Source: a candidate division FCPU426 bacterium
GTDB taxonomy: Bacteria > Oederibacteriota > Muellerivitia > Muellerivitales > Muellerivitaceae
Assembly: GCA_963738405.1 (NCBI GenBank)
Contig: CAVTWJ010000009.1
Location: forward strand, 96,001-160,000
DNA: 64,000 nucleotides
Direction of reading: 5' to 3'
Under the pieces are notes generated by a model. It was not told the origin of the DNA. It made no database searches and saw only the letters and a program-made list of their open reading frames with translations. This document shows, one piece after another, positions 30,912 to 41,455 of this stretch; positions within the stretch are counted from its first letter, which is position 1, and every line of letters begins with the position of its first letter. Position numbers and translations under genes: made by a program.

Positions 30912-32660
30912 CTAACTATTCAATTTCGATTCAAATTTCTTCCAACTATTATTAAATTTTGTTTTGTATTGATTCGATGAACTGTTCCAATATTTAGCGA
31001 AAAGGATATGTAGATTTCTTCGCATAAAGAATGTTGAAACGTCAGCGGCCTTTTGGCCGCTACCTCTATTTTTTCGATAAAAATTAATTGCTGAATTAAA
31101 TACGTATTTAATTGAATTGTTAAATGGCCCAAACATTGGATCGCCAGTGATCCATTTATTTCTAAAAGCTGTAATCGAATGATCTGAGCGAAGAGTAATT
31201 TTTAAATATTTCCAAACAAAATTCACAACTAACCATTTAGCATAAGCTCTTTCCGGGTAACCTGATGCGACGTAACCGACATTTCGCATTAAGAAGTATC
31301 GATTTAAGTAATAATTTGGATCTGTATTAGGGAATATAGAATCATAATATTCTTCAAAAAGACCTTCTTTTCCCTGCCTTACTAAAAGTGGGTCGAGGTC
31401 GCAAGCTGCAACCGCCTGTGCCAGTTCCTCTTTTTTTATTAAAGAAAAATGTCTACCAAGCACTTCACGTTGGGCTTCGCTTTTTGATTGGCGTTTTCTT
31501 ATATAGTGAAAGTCTAATTTTCTGAGTTGCCTTTCAATGGCGATTTGTTTTTGATCGTTTGATCTTAGGTCAGATGGTCGTATTTGGTTTTGCCAATTCG
31601 TTGCAGAAACTATGTTAGAAACGAGTGCTTCGAAATTACTTGGGACACCTTGAATGTCTCTTGGAACACGAATGACACGCACTATTACGCTGCCAATAGA
31701 AGAATTAGAAGCCACACGTGCTAAAGTTCTTGTTGTTTGTTGACCATTAATAATTTGTGGATTTGTAACACTTAAAATATCTTTCCCGTTTTGGCTCCTT
31801 TTTTCAGCCTGGTCGCAAATTATTGTTATCCCATTGTTGTAATACCAAAAATACTCTGGTTCTTCCTTTAACGTTTTCTCCATATTCCTATTAATTTCGG
31901 TGCTGCCCAGGAATCCCCGAACATTTCTCGCGAATATTCTGACGCCAGAATTTTGAAATATTTCTCCAACTGAATGCCCATTCATGGAGAAAACCCATGA
32001 TTCTATTTTTGTATTATTGTCATACCTATTTAAAGTGCCTTTTACTGCAACGCCGGAACCAGACTCCATCTCTAAATCTATATTCGGTACTGGTGGGGCC
32101 ACACCACTAATGTAATCGGATAATAAAAGTAAAACCTGTTTGCCTTGAACTATCATTAATGACGCATTTTCGGCGCTGTGTTTAACTTTATTAATGGCCT
32201 CTTCGCATAAATTGTTCGCGCATTTACCAGTAGTTAAATAATAAAGTTGTAATTTATATCCCTTTTTTAATTTCCGCCGCACTTCCCGCAATCTATTTTC
32301 CAGATTAGGATCAATTGTTTTTATGTAATTATTAAATTCTTCTTCTGTGCCAGTTAGGTTGTTTGCCAAATCAGCAAATTCGAAAACGTCAGCTCTTTTT
32401 TCGCTGCTTTTACTAAAATATTTTCGGTACTTGCCTTGAACGATAATTACTAAATTTAACTTTTCGTCAATTAAAATCGCATCGACGGCTTTATCATTTG
32501 TTTTTCCGGTTAATGCCTTAATAGCCGCGTCTTCATCTTCAGTTATAAAAGCTCTCAGAAACCATGTGTTGAATAAGTCGTTGAGAGATAATTTAGGGAA
32601 TTTTTCTTTAAAGGATTCCAATTCTTTTTTCAAATCATTTTCATTAAGTAAAGATTCCAC
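30912..32660 (-). CDS. AIPR-family (abortive infection phage resistance) protein
   Basis: FARNVRGFLG, FWYYNNGITII, PQIINGQQT. Confidence 0.88.
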   Translation of the reverse strand: MESLLNENDLKKELESFKEKFPKLSLNDLFNTWFLRAFITEDEDAAIKALTGKTNDKAVDAILIDEKLNLVIIVQGKYRKYFSKSSEKRADVFEFADLANNLTGTEEEFNNYIKTIDPNLENRLREVRRKLKKGYKLQLYYLTTGKCANNLCEEAINKVKHSAENASLMIVQGKQVLLLLSDYISGVAPPVPNIDLEMESGSGVAVKGTLNRYDNNTKIESWVFSMNGHSVGEIFQNSGVRIFARNVRGFLGSTEINRNMEKTLKEEPEYFWYYNNGITIICDQAEKRSQNGKDILSVTNPQIINGQQTTRTLARVASNSSIGSVIVRVIRVPRDIQGVPSNFEALVSNIVSATNWQNQIRPSDLRSNDQKQIAIERQLRKLDFHYIRKRQSKSEAQREVLGRHFSLIKKEELAQAVAACDLDPLLVRQGKEGLFEEYYDSIFPNTDPNYYLNRYFLMRNVGYVASGYPERAYAKWLVVNFVWKYLKITLRSDHSITAFRNKWITGDPMFGPFNNSIKYVFNSAINFYRKNRGSGQKAADVSTFFMRRNLHILFAKYWNSSSNQYKTKFNNSWKKFESKLNS

Positions 32661-32670
32661 AACATTCCTC

Positions 32671-35382
32671 CTAATTTGCGATTAAATATTTTAGTGATAA
32701 ATGTTGGAATGTGGTTGCGGCGTCAATTCCGGTTTCAGGAATAAGCAAATATGACCAAGGCTTACCCCCGATAGTAGCTTCATATTCACTTGCTCTTTTG
32801 CACCACAAAACAGCGGCACGCGTCTTTTCTTCTACGTCTTTGTTTTTTATCTCATCATCATCTTTGACTTCACAAACGTATTTGGCTGAATTAGATTCAA
32901 CTATGAAATCCGGCCTATATTGGCTTTCGCCTATTAAATAAATACGAATATCGTGATCGTTAGGCCGGAACCACTTTAATACATCGTTGGGGCCTTCCAA
33001 TATAATTGCAAAACGGCGTTCTGGATCTGAATCGAATTTTTGGTATTGGAAAAGGCATTTTTTAAAACCCGAAAAGACCATAGAACGGATTCGAATCCGG
33101 TCCATAACTGGTATATGAAAATCGACAGGATTTTCTCCGACCGTTCTCGCCATTCCATGACTACTTCGAAAAATATCATGAGCATCATGAACTTCCGCCT
33201 CGAATTGGGTAACGATTTGCTTAAAATGATCCTGCATTTGACCGTGAATCAAATCGACGAGTGGAGATTGGTAATAGGCAAGAACATTCCTGATTTCTTT
33301 TTCATCTTTCAAATAGCTACGCAGATGAACCACCATCTGGCCAGCTAATTTGTAAAGCAGGGCCTGATCCTGATCGTAATTGATATCGTTCTTGTCTATT
33401 AGTCCTCTAACAAGGTGATCCTCAAGCCGCACTTCCGGATGGGTGCCTGTGCCACCAGAAAGGCGTTCTTGATCATTGGTGCGAAGATGCTGAATAAGAA
33501 TATTTTCTTCAACCGGTTGGTAATGAACAGCTGATGGGTCCAGGTCGAAATCTTGAAAACCACTCTCCTTCACATCCTTAGCCGTGATATTAATTTTTGG
33601 AACAACAATAAAACGGTCTAAAAATAATTCAGATACCTTTGCTGCGATCTGTGTAATATCCACCCTAGATTGGGTTACACCAACTAACTCTTCCTGAGTA
33701 GGTCCTAACTGACTTTGGACCCATTGGACAATTTTACTCTGTGTTTCTTTTTCTTTTAATTGGCTTAACCTGTGTAAAGGGACGATTTCCTGAATAGCGG
33801 TCAAAGCAAAATCTGCAACTTTTCGTTCCTCTTCCGTTGAAAAAAGAGCAGGGACTTCATCTGCACCTGGATGAATAATACTTGGATCAGGCCGCCAAAG
33901 CGCTGTCACGGCGTTAGGGGCATCTACCACTTCTTGGCGTTGAATGGAAATATCTTTTCCAATAATGACACCAGTTCGGATAATCGAATCTGGTTTATGG
34001 GCTTCATCGATTATTTCTTGGAATCGGTCATGTGAGACGATAGTCAAACGATCAACGGCCACCACCCCGGTTCGACGCCCATAGGGAAGTCGCAAACCTC
34101 GCCCAATGCTCTGCTCAACTAAAGTTTTAGAATTAGCTGCCCGGAGTGGAACAATCGTATACAAATTAGTGACATCCCAACCTTCTTTGAGCATGTTCAC
34201 ATGGATTACGATTTCAACAGGATTAGTTAAACTTTCAACCGTTAGTAATTTTGCAACGATATGATCTTTTTCTTCTTTACCACGACCCTCACCCGAGTGG
34301 ACTGTGATAATTTTACCTTTATAACTACCTTCAAAAAAAGAATCGCTTTCCATCAAGGTTTGCAAATTTCCAGCATGTTCAATATCGGTTGCTACTACCA
34401 GCATAAAGGGTTTTTTACGGTCCACGCCCTTGTCTCGGGCATAAAGATCCAATTTAACCTTTGTATCTTCATGGACACGGATTCCATCCTCAAGTTTTAA
34501 AAGTTCTAATTCTTCTGGGTTATAACTATCAGTACTAAAATTTTCTCTAGTAGCCACGGCAGGTTCTTTAACAAAACCGTCCTTCATAGCTTCCGATAGG
34601 GGATAACTATAAATAACATTTTTAAATGCAACCTGGGTTCCACCGGTTTCAATATGCGGAGTTGCGGTTAGTTCCAAACCCAAAATCGGATTAAGTTCAT
34701 TTATTGCTTTGAGACCAGCAGCGGCTCTATAACGATGACTTTCATCCATTAATAAAACTAAATCGGGCAAATTACTTAGGTATTCAAAATAGCTCTGTCC
34801 AATGTATTCGCTGAGTCTTTTAATTCGAGGGGCATTTCCTGCACGAACTTCACTTGTAATTTTGCTGATATTGAAAATGTTGATATGAGGTTCACCGCTA
34901 TCCCACATTCGCAATTGTGAACGAGCTTCGTTTCGTACTCCGCGTCCTTGTTCATAGTTATCGCCTGTAATAATTTCGGGAGTATTCGTTACGAAATCGG
35001 CTATTCCAGTAAAAACATATTTAGGGGTGCCTGGTGTGAAATCGGAAATTAGTTTGTTGTAAATTGTTAGGTTAGGAGCCAACACAAAAAAGTGCCGACT
35101 GCGATGGGTTCGGTACAAATAGGCAATAAAGGCACCCATAAGCCGAGTTTTACCCACTCCGGTTGCTAGGGCAAAACAAAGTGATGGGAATTCTCGTTCA
35201 AAATCCTGCACAGTTGAATAGTTAGCCTTAATGGTCTCTAGCGTTGAAATCGAATTTTGCTCTTTATGAAAAGCTACCTTTTCATCTAAGTCGGCTAAAA
35301 TTTCTAGCGAACGTCGCTGTGGTTCCCTAAGTGATAGGCGTTGTGTGATATAGCTGATTTGTTGTGAGTTTAGTGGGTACAT
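32671..35382 (-). CDS. res: Type III restriction enzyme Res subunit
   Basis: ATGVGKT, DESH, LKEGWD, QSIGRGLR, PDF...EVK nuclease. Confidence 0.9.
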   Translation of the reverse strand: MYPLNSQQISYITQRLSLREPQRRSLEILADLDEKVAFHKEQNSISTLETIKANYSTVQDFEREFPSLCFALATGVGKTRLMGAFIAYLYRTHRSRHFFVLAPNLTIYNKLISDFTPGTPKYVFTGIADFVTNTPEIITGDNYEQGRGVRNEARSQLRMWDSGEPHINIFNISKITSEVRAGNAPRIKRLSEYIGQSYFEYLSNLPDLVLLMDESHRYRAAAGLKAINELNPILGLELTATPHIETGGTQVAFKNVIYSYPLSEAMKDGFVKEPAVATRENFSTDSYNPEELELLKLEDGIRVHEDTKVKLDLYARDKGVDRKKPFMLVVATDIEHAGNLQTLMESDSFFEGSYKGKIITVHSGEGRGKEEKDHIVAKLLTVESLTNPVEIVIHVNMLKEGWDVTNLYTIVPLRAANSKTLVEQSIGRGLRLPYGRRTGVVAVDRLTIVSHDRFQEIIDEAHKPDSIIRTGVIIGKDISIQRQEVVDAPNAVTALWRPDPSIIHPGADEVPALFSTEEERKVADFALTAIQEIVPLHRLSQLKEKETQSKIVQWVQSQLGPTQEELVGVTQSRVDITQIAAKVSELFLDRFIVVPKINITAKDVKESGFQDFDLDPSAVHYQPVEENILIQHLRTNDQERLSGGTGTHPEVRLEDHLVRGLIDKNDINYDQDQALLYKLAGQMVVHLRSYLKDEKEIRNVLAYYQSPLVDLIHGQMQDHFKQIVTQFEAEVHDAHDIFRSSHGMARTVGENPVDFHIPVMDRIRIRSMVFSGFKKCLFQYQKFDSDPERRFAIILEGPNDVLKWFRPNDHDIRIYLIGESQYRPDFIVESNSAKYVCEVKDDDEIKNKDVEEKTRAAVLWCKRASEYEATIGGKPWSYLLIPETGIDAATTFQHLSLKYLIAN

Positions 35383-35385
35383 TCG

Positions 35386-37074
35386 TTATCTCTTCTTTGA
35401 ATTTTGGGATTTATTTTTCTCGTTAAACAAATCAGATTGCCCGGTTGTAACGGATTTGGAAATTTTGTGATTATTTATGTTTTCTTCGATTTCTTCATTC
35501 TCGTCCTCTACCACCGGCAACTGGCTTACTGCCATGCTATAGTCATCTTTATCCCATTCCGCTTTATCCAAAACAGCTTTTGGGATTTTCTTTAGCGACA
35601 AATTGCCCCATTGGGTTAGGTCTTTTGCTCTCCAAGCACCGCAACAAATCAATAAACTGCGTTTAGAACCCACCTCATCACTAATCTTGACCAATTGTTC
35701 AACTGTTAAAGTTTGTGTCGTCACGTATATAAAGTCATTTTCGGTGGACTGACCGTGTCGCCAAAATTCAGTTTCGCTTGGGGAATAAGTAAAGCCTTCT
35801 AATTTGCAAACGGCTTCGGCTACCAACTCGGGATTGAATGTTGGATTAATAACCTCATTCCCCCAAGAATCCTTTTTAATCAGCGAAGGGGCAAGTCTGT
35901 AATATCTAAATCCACCGCCACCTTTCCAACCAATAGATTCGCTAATACCACCTTGGTCAGTCCCATCAATAACTTTTTTAAGTCGAGGAATGATATGGGT
36001 ATGGCAATGTTCTCCCAGTTCTATCATTATCCAACGACGACCCATTTTGTGCGCTACTGCCCCAGTGGTGCCTGAACCAGCAAATGAATCGAGAACAAAA
36101 TCGCCAGGGTTAGTAGAAATTTGTAAAATTCTTTGAATTAAACGTTCTGGTTTCGGTGTAGCGAAAACAGGCGCTGTTGGTAACAAAGTTGCAATTTCTG
36201 CACTCGCTTCTCTTGTTGTACCTGCATCGTCACCTAACCATATGCTTTCGGGAACTCTTCCGTCTTGATCTTCCAAATATATCTTTCTCAAAATCCTTGA
36301 TTCGCCATCTACAAAAGTGATTTCTCCAGTAGAAACCTTTTCATAAAACGTTTCCTTAGACCAGCGCCAACCTTTATCTGGGGGCGCAATTTTATTCCCG
36401 TTTGGTGTTTCAATGACGTATTTTAAATTTTCCCTAAGATTAGGGCTCCGGACATCACCGCTTCTCCACAAGCCGCGCGGATCACTATCAGGGTTTGAAT
36501 AATTAATGTTATTTTCTTCAGTCCTGGGCAGTTTATTACGAATAAATTTATCTGACTTTTGATAAACCAAAATGTAGTTGTGATGTAATGAAAGTTGTTT
36601 CGCGTCGTTTTTGCCTTGAATACTGTGTTGCCAAGTAATAGAACCGAAAAAATTATCCCTGCCGAACATTTCGTCGCATAGGATTTTTAAATAGTGGCAT
36701 TCATTATCGTCGATAATTATCCAAATACTTCCGTCTGGGCTTAACAAGTTTCTCAGTAATTCCAACCGATCCCGCATTAAACTTAACCAAATGGAATGTT
36801 CTACGCCGTCTTTGTAATGTTCAAATGCACTACCTGTATTGTAAGGTGGGTCAATGCAAACACATTTTATTTTTCCAGCGAACTCGTTTTCCAATGCCTT
36901 TAATCCTAATAGGTTGTCTCCGAAAATTAGTCGATTATCAAATTGATCAACATCTCGTCGAGTTTTAGAGTGAAATGAATTTGCGAAGTCGTGGATAAGA
37001 ACCCGCGGTTCAAACTTCGGCCTGTTATCTTTGCCAATCCAAGTAAGTTCAAGTTTTGTTTTTTGCCCGTTCAT
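35386..37074 (-). CDS. mod: Type III N6-adenine methyltransferase Mod
   Basis: DPPYNTG, TPKPE, DSFAGSGTT. Confidence 0.92.
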   Translation of the reverse strand: MNGQKTKLELTWIGKDNRPKFEPRVLIHDFANSFHSKTRRDVDQFDNRLIFGDNLLGLKALENEFAGKIKCVCIDPPYNTGSAFEHYKDGVEHSIWLSLMRDRLELLRNLLSPDGSIWIIIDDNECHYLKILCDEMFGRDNFFGSITWQHSIQGKNDAKQLSLHHNYILVYQKSDKFIRNKLPRTEENNINYSNPDSDPRGLWRSGDVRSPNLRENLKYVIETPNGNKIAPPDKGWRWSKETFYEKVSTGEITFVDGESRILRKIYLEDQDGRVPESIWLGDDAGTTREASAEIATLLPTAPVFATPKPERLIQRILQISTNPGDFVLDSFAGSGTTGAVAHKMGRRWIMIELGEHCHTHIIPRLKKVIDGTDQGGISESIGWKGGGGFRYYRLAPSLIKKDSWGNEVINPTFNPELVAEAVCKLEGFTYSPSETEFWRHGQSTENDFIYVTTQTLTVEQLVKISDEVGSKRSLLICCGAWRAKDLTQWGNLSLKKIPKAVLDKAEWDKDDYSMAVSQLPVVEDENEEIEENINNHKISKSVTTGQSDLFNEKNKSQNSKKR

Positions 37075-37117
37075 TTTCGATCCATTTTCGTAGATGTATT
37101 TCTAACGCTTAGTAAAC

Positions 37118-40003
37118 TTATTGAATTGTCCACCGAACGGTGAATAATTCACTTGTCTTCATTTGTCTTCCCATTCTCTCCTGAAGTTCTTGAACTAAAG
37201 ATTGGTGCTTCTCGTCCAATTCATCCTGGGCGGCAAAGATCTGAACTCGTTTTCTCTTCAATTGAACTTGTAACTCCGCGATTTTTTGTTGAATCTCAAC
37301 TTTTTCAGCTAGACTCGGCACTCGTAGGCTTTGTCGGCGGGCTTCTTTGATTTCGCGTTCAATGGAAGTCAACTCGAAATCCAGGCCTTGTTTTTGATCT
37401 TCGTGCCAAAGCTCCAGCTTGTCTAATTCGGTTTCAAAGTAGTTACGATTTCTTTCCTCCATCTGACTTAACAAAATACCGCGTTGATTTTCAGTTTGAG
37501 TTATCAGAATATCTGGGCAAGAGAGATTACATTGAGTCGAACTTAGAACATTAAGTCCTAACAAACGGCGACATTGGTCAGTATCTAACGGTTGGCCATC
37601 TTCTGTGATGCCAGCCCAAATTAAGTATTCCTCAAGTTGCAATGTATGTACTGCAACTTTAGAAAGACTTAACCAGCCAGATTTACCTAGCAAAGTTTGA
37701 ATAGCGGCTATATTTAAACGGGAACCGGTTAAATCAAGGGTTATATCTGCTGAAGGTAATTTACGAAGTTCCCATTGGTCCAATAAACGCTGGGCAAGAG
37801 GATGACCGACTCTAAAAAGGTAAGTATCTTCGACATTACGCCCTGTTCGATAAGGCCCCTCGGGTATTTCCTCACCAACGAATGGATTTTCTTTAAGAAA
37901 AAAATATTTACCTTCTGGTCCTTCTTTAAACTCTGCAAAATCACGTAATGACCAAGCAGCTAAATCCCAAAGCCAACGACTATAACGATCACGGCCTGCA
38001 ATAGCTAAATCGTCACTAAGACGCAATTTTTCTTGAACTTCGACATCGAAATTCTCTAATAATTGTTGGCGTGTTTGATCCAAACGTTCTTGAATGGGAA
38101 TTTCTAATTCCGTTCGTAGTTGTTCAAAGCTTTTGTCGATCTGTTCAGGTGTTCGACAGTGTTGATAAATATCAGCGATTCTTTTTTCGAAGTCTACGCC
38201 GCTTTCTAATGTACTTAGTACTTGGTCACTCGCGCCAAAAACACCTTCGAAAAGCTTGAACTTTTCGTCTAAAAGCTCAAATACGCGTCTATCGACTTCA
38301 TTATCGAGATTTACAAAATTAACCACTACGACGTCATGCTTTTGGCCATAACGATGACAGCGGCCAATTCTTTGTTCTATGCGTTGGGGATTCCATGGCA
38401 GGTCGTAATTAACGACTAAGTTACAAAATTGGAGGTTGATACCTTCTGCGGCTGCCTCTGTCGCAATCATAATCTGGCCATCTTCTCGGAAATAATCGAC
38501 TAAAGCTTGGCGTGTATCCGCTGTTTTTGAGCCACTGATACGAGAAGTGTTAGCATGTTTGGAAAGCCAAGCTTGATACAAAGCTTTTGCTTGGGGGCCG
38601 TTGTTACTGCCGTTGAAAAGTAATATTTTCCCATGCCATTGGCTTTTTTCGAGTAAACCCAATAGGTATTCTTGGGTTCTGGTAGATTCGGTAAAGATAA
38701 CTGCCTTTTCTGGTGCTCCCAACTCTCTTGCTTTATCAAAACCCTTCGCTAAAGCGGTCAATAAAGCTTCGCCTTTAGAATTACTGTTTATGCTTTCCGC
38801 AAGGGCCTGGAATTCACGTAATCGAGCTATTTCTAGGCGCATTTTTCGTTTTTCTTCTTCTGTGTAGACACGAACTGGTTTTGCTTCGCCGTCTTCTGTT
38901 TCCTGTTCCTCATCATCATCCACCCATTCATCTGGTTGGGCTTCACCGCCTTCATAACCTGGCGTGACCGCTTCGATGTCAAGTTCGGGTGGTGCTGGGG
39001 CAGAAGCTTGTTCTTCAAGTTTTTCCGCCAAATGGTGAAGTGTGCCGGAAATAGCAAAACTCGAGCTTGCTAATAGTTTTCGAACAATCATGGTCATCAG
39101 GGCTCGCTGACTTTTTGGCAAAGCAAAGAGCGTATCTTCTTGCAAGTAATCGGATATTAAATCATATAGTTCTTGTTCCTCTGGTTTAGGATGAAACCCT
39201 TCAGTTATAGACAAGCGGTTCGTATAACGAACGTATTCCAAAACCTGGCGTCTAAGTGTTCGTTGGCAAAGAGGTTTAAGTCTTTCCTTTAAAAGACGAA
39301 AAGAAGAGCCTTGAGTTAAGTTGGAAAATTGGGCTTTAAAAGCTTCTAAAGATCCAAACGCATGGTCGTCAACCAAGCTCACCAGCCCATAAAGTTCTAA
39401 TAGGGAATTTTGTAGTGGCGTAGCAGTTAGAAGGATTTTTGGGTGTTGTGCCAATGCTTCTTTGATTATGTTGGCGATTTTCGCAGTGGGTTTATATACA
39501 TTTCGCAAACGATGGGCTTCGTCAATTACTACCAAATCCCAAGAAGTCCCTTTTACGTAGGACGCTTTAGCTTTTGCGAAATGTAGGGAAGTAATAACCA
39601 CTCGATCTGTTTGGTCAAACGGATTAAAGCGCCCCTTTTCAGTTTCGATATTAAAAGTGGCTTTTTCTAATATAAGAGACTTTAAAAAAAACTTTTGTTC
39701 AAGTTCTTCCGCCCATTGTTTTCGAAGGCTAGCGGGGCAAATAACAAGGAGTCTTCGTTTGCGTTCAGCCCATTTTTGTGAAAGAAGGATGCCTGCTTCA
39801 ATGGTTTTTCCTAAACCCACTTCATCAGCGAGGATAGCCCCGCGAGAAAAAGGTGAACGGAAAGCAAAAAGAGCGGCTTCTACTTGATGGGGATTTAAAT
39901 CGACCTGGGCTTCGGACAAGGTTGCGGCTAATTTATCCATGCTGTCGCTAGGACATTTACGTGTAAGTTCGCTGGCAAGGTATTTAGCGTAGTAGTCGTT
40001 CAT
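37118..40003 (-). CDS. SNF2-family helicase (RapA/DrmD-like)
   Basis: ADEVGLGKT, DEAH, TATP, EGINLQ, QRIGR. Confidence 0.92.
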   Translation of the reverse strand: MNDYYAKYLASELTRKCPSDSMDKLAATLSEAQVDLNPHQVEAALFAFRSPFSRGAILADEVGLGKTIEAGILLSQKWAERKRRLLVICPASLRKQWAEELEQKFFLKSLILEKATFNIETEKGRFNPFDQTDRVVITSLHFAKAKASYVKGTSWDLVVIDEAHRLRNVYKPTAKIANIIKEALAQHPKILLTATPLQNSLLELYGLVSLVDDHAFGSLEAFKAQFSNLTQGSSFRLLKERLKPLCQRTLRRQVLEYVRYTNRLSITEGFHPKPEEQELYDLISDYLQEDTLFALPKSQRALMTMIVRKLLASSSFAISGTLHHLAEKLEEQASAPAPPELDIEAVTPGYEGGEAQPDEWVDDDEEQETEDGEAKPVRVYTEEEKRKMRLEIARLREFQALAESINSNSKGEALLTALAKGFDKARELGAPEKAVIFTESTRTQEYLLGLLEKSQWHGKILLFNGSNNGPQAKALYQAWLSKHANTSRISGSKTADTRQALVDYFREDGQIMIATEAAAEGINLQFCNLVVNYDLPWNPQRIEQRIGRCHRYGQKHDVVVVNFVNLDNEVDRRVFELLDEKFKLFEGVFGASDQVLSTLESGVDFEKRIADIYQHCRTPEQIDKSFEQLRTELEIPIQERLDQTRQQLLENFDVEVQEKLRLSDDLAIAGRDRYSRWLWDLAAWSLRDFAEFKEGPEGKYFFLKENPFVGEEIPEGPYRTGRNVEDTYLFRVGHPLAQRLLDQWELRKLPSADITLDLTGSRLNIAAIQTLLGKSGWLSLSKVAVHTLQLEEYLIWAGITEDGQPLDTDQCRRLLGLNVLSSTQCNLSCPDILITQTENQRGILLSQMEERNRNYFETELDKLELWHEDQKQGLDFELTSIEREIKEARRQSLRVPSLAEKVEIQQKIAELQVQLKRKRVQIFAAQDELDEKHQSLVQELQERMGRQMKTSELFTVRWTIQ

Positions 40004-40218
40004 ACACCCTGAATTCCGGAAAAGTGTGTAAAAGTGTCCAAAAAGGCATCAGCGAGCTTAAAAATTCATCTAATTCTAACCTTTCCAAACTAATCGGTCA
40101 CATCCCATTTATTGCTTTAGGAATTGTTAAAAGAGTTGTTAGGGGGAGGGTTTGGGAGGGAAAGGCCCAAAGAATCACAAAAAGTCCCGCTAGGGACTTT
40201 TCGGAAATTCCCGAAGAG

Positions 40219-40701
40219 TTATGCGAGAAGTCCGGCTTGGCGGAAGGAAAAGTGGCCTTCGTGAGTTACAATCAGGTGGTCATGAACCGTTAGCCCCATG
40301 GCCCTTGCAGCGGTGACGATTTGGCGGGTTAATTGCCTATCTCCTTCGGAAGCTTCAAGGCTTCCCCCTGGGTGGTTGTGAGAAAGAAGCAACCCTGAGG
40401 CGTTAAGCTCTAAAGCTTTCTTCAAGACTTCCCTGGGATAGACGGCGGTATGGTCAACGGTTCCATCTCCCATGAGTACGCAATCCAAAACATGGTTTCT
40501 GTGGTCAACGTACATGACTAAAAAGGACTCGTTGGCCTTCCCGCCTATGAAATTCCGGAAATATTCCGCCGCATCCGCAGGACCCGAAAGACATGGCCCC
40601 CTTTTGTAATCTGCCCTGGCTTCAGCCCAGCTCACCGGGGGAACCGTAGGGGGAACCTTGAACATTACGTCTAATTTCATCTCCAACTGTTTCTTTCTCA
40701 T
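40219..40701 (-). CDS. radC: RadC-like JAB-domain protein
   Basis: E.F, VYPREV, HNHPGG...S..D, DHLI. Confidence 0.9.
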   Translation of the reverse strand: MRKKQLEMKLDVMFKVPPTVPPVSWAEARADYKRGPCLSGPADAAEYFRNFIGGKANESFLVMYVDHRNHVLDCVLMGDGTVDHTAVYPREVLKKALELNASGLLLSHNHPGGSLEASEGDRQLTRQIVTAARAMGLTVHDHLIVTHEGHFSFRQAGLLA

Positions 40702-41088
40702 GTGCCCTGCTCCTTAGTTTGTTAGAGGAGAGAGCACCCTCCGGGTGCGCCCCCTCACAAACGCTTGGGGGCGCAAACGGAGCGATAAGAGGAGTTCGCT
40801 TATGGAAAACCGAATCCGGGGGGAAGTGCGTTGTTCGCTTTTAGCATTATTGGGGGAAACGTCAGGCCATCTGTGCGGACGGAATTACCGAGGAACGAGG
40901 TCCGGCCGGCCTGGCGTTTAGGCGCTGTCCGACCCCAACGGCGAAGCCGCCCCCGGTTCGGTTTTCGACAGGATTTACGTTGCTGGGGGTTCCGGGGTGA
41001 TATTCCAACCGGACTAGGGATGGGAATAGGGAAGGGTCGTTTTCCTTTCCTTGGGGGGCCGGGGGAAACGCCACCCGGACAATTGAAG

Positions 41089-41124
41089 TTGACGATAGAA
41101 ATCTAAAGAATACTTTTGTATAAT
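41089..41124 (+). promoter_or_regulatory. Promoter of the micropeptide operon
   Basis: TTGACG-16 bp-TACTTT, and TATAAT (41119-41124) 6 nt before ATG 41131. Confidence 0.6.
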
Positions 41125-41130
41125 CGTCGT

Positions 41131-41220
41131 ATGAATCATTTTAAAATGAATTTAAATATGGGCCCAAATCCACCTTCTCCTCCACCAGATGATGATGGTA
41201 TAGGAACTAGAGGTAAGTAA
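41131..41220 (+). CDS. Micropeptide A, MNHFKMNLNMGPNPPSPPPDDDGIGTRGK (29 aa)
   Basis: Manual translation; PxPPxDDDG motif; stop abuts the next ATG. Confidence 0.65.
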   Translation: MNHFKMNLNMGPNPPSPPPDDDGIGTRGK

Positions 41221-41361
41221 ATGAATAATATTGATGACCCGAAAATTCCAGAGGCGGAAAATAATGATGAACGTTCTGAAACCGTATCAAAATCGGAAGT
41301 GTCTGTTCCAGATCCGCCGGTAGATGAAGATGGAACAATTTGGAATTCCAAAGATGAATGA
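41221..41361 (+). CDS. Micropeptide B, MNNIDDPKIPEAENNDERSETVSKSEVSVPDPPVDEDGTIWNSKDE (46 aa)
   Basis: GAGGT RBS, TAA-ATG coupling, PDPPVDEDG. Confidence 0.7.
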   Translation: MNNIDDPKIPEAENNDERSETVSKSEVSVPDPPVDEDGTIWNSKDE

Positions 41362-41455
41362 TTTCCAAGAAGATCCTAAACCAGAACCAATTCCAGCGCC
41401 TGTTCCCGAACCGCCAGAGGATGAGGATGGAACTATGCAGGAATCCGAGAGATGA
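41354..41455 (+). CDS. Micropeptide C, MNDFQEDPKPEPIPAPVPEPPEDEDGTMQESER (33 aa)
   Basis: ATGAATGA overlap with B, PEPPEDEDG. Confidence 0.7.
   Translation: MNDFQEDPKPEPIPAPVPEPPEDEDGTMQESER

Noticed and set aside
32671..40003. DISARM or BREX
   Set aside because: No DrmA/B/C or PglZ/BrxC; Mod and Res indicate type III RM
41136..41351. 71-aa minus-strand ORF
   Set aside because: Antisense shadow of micropeptides A and B
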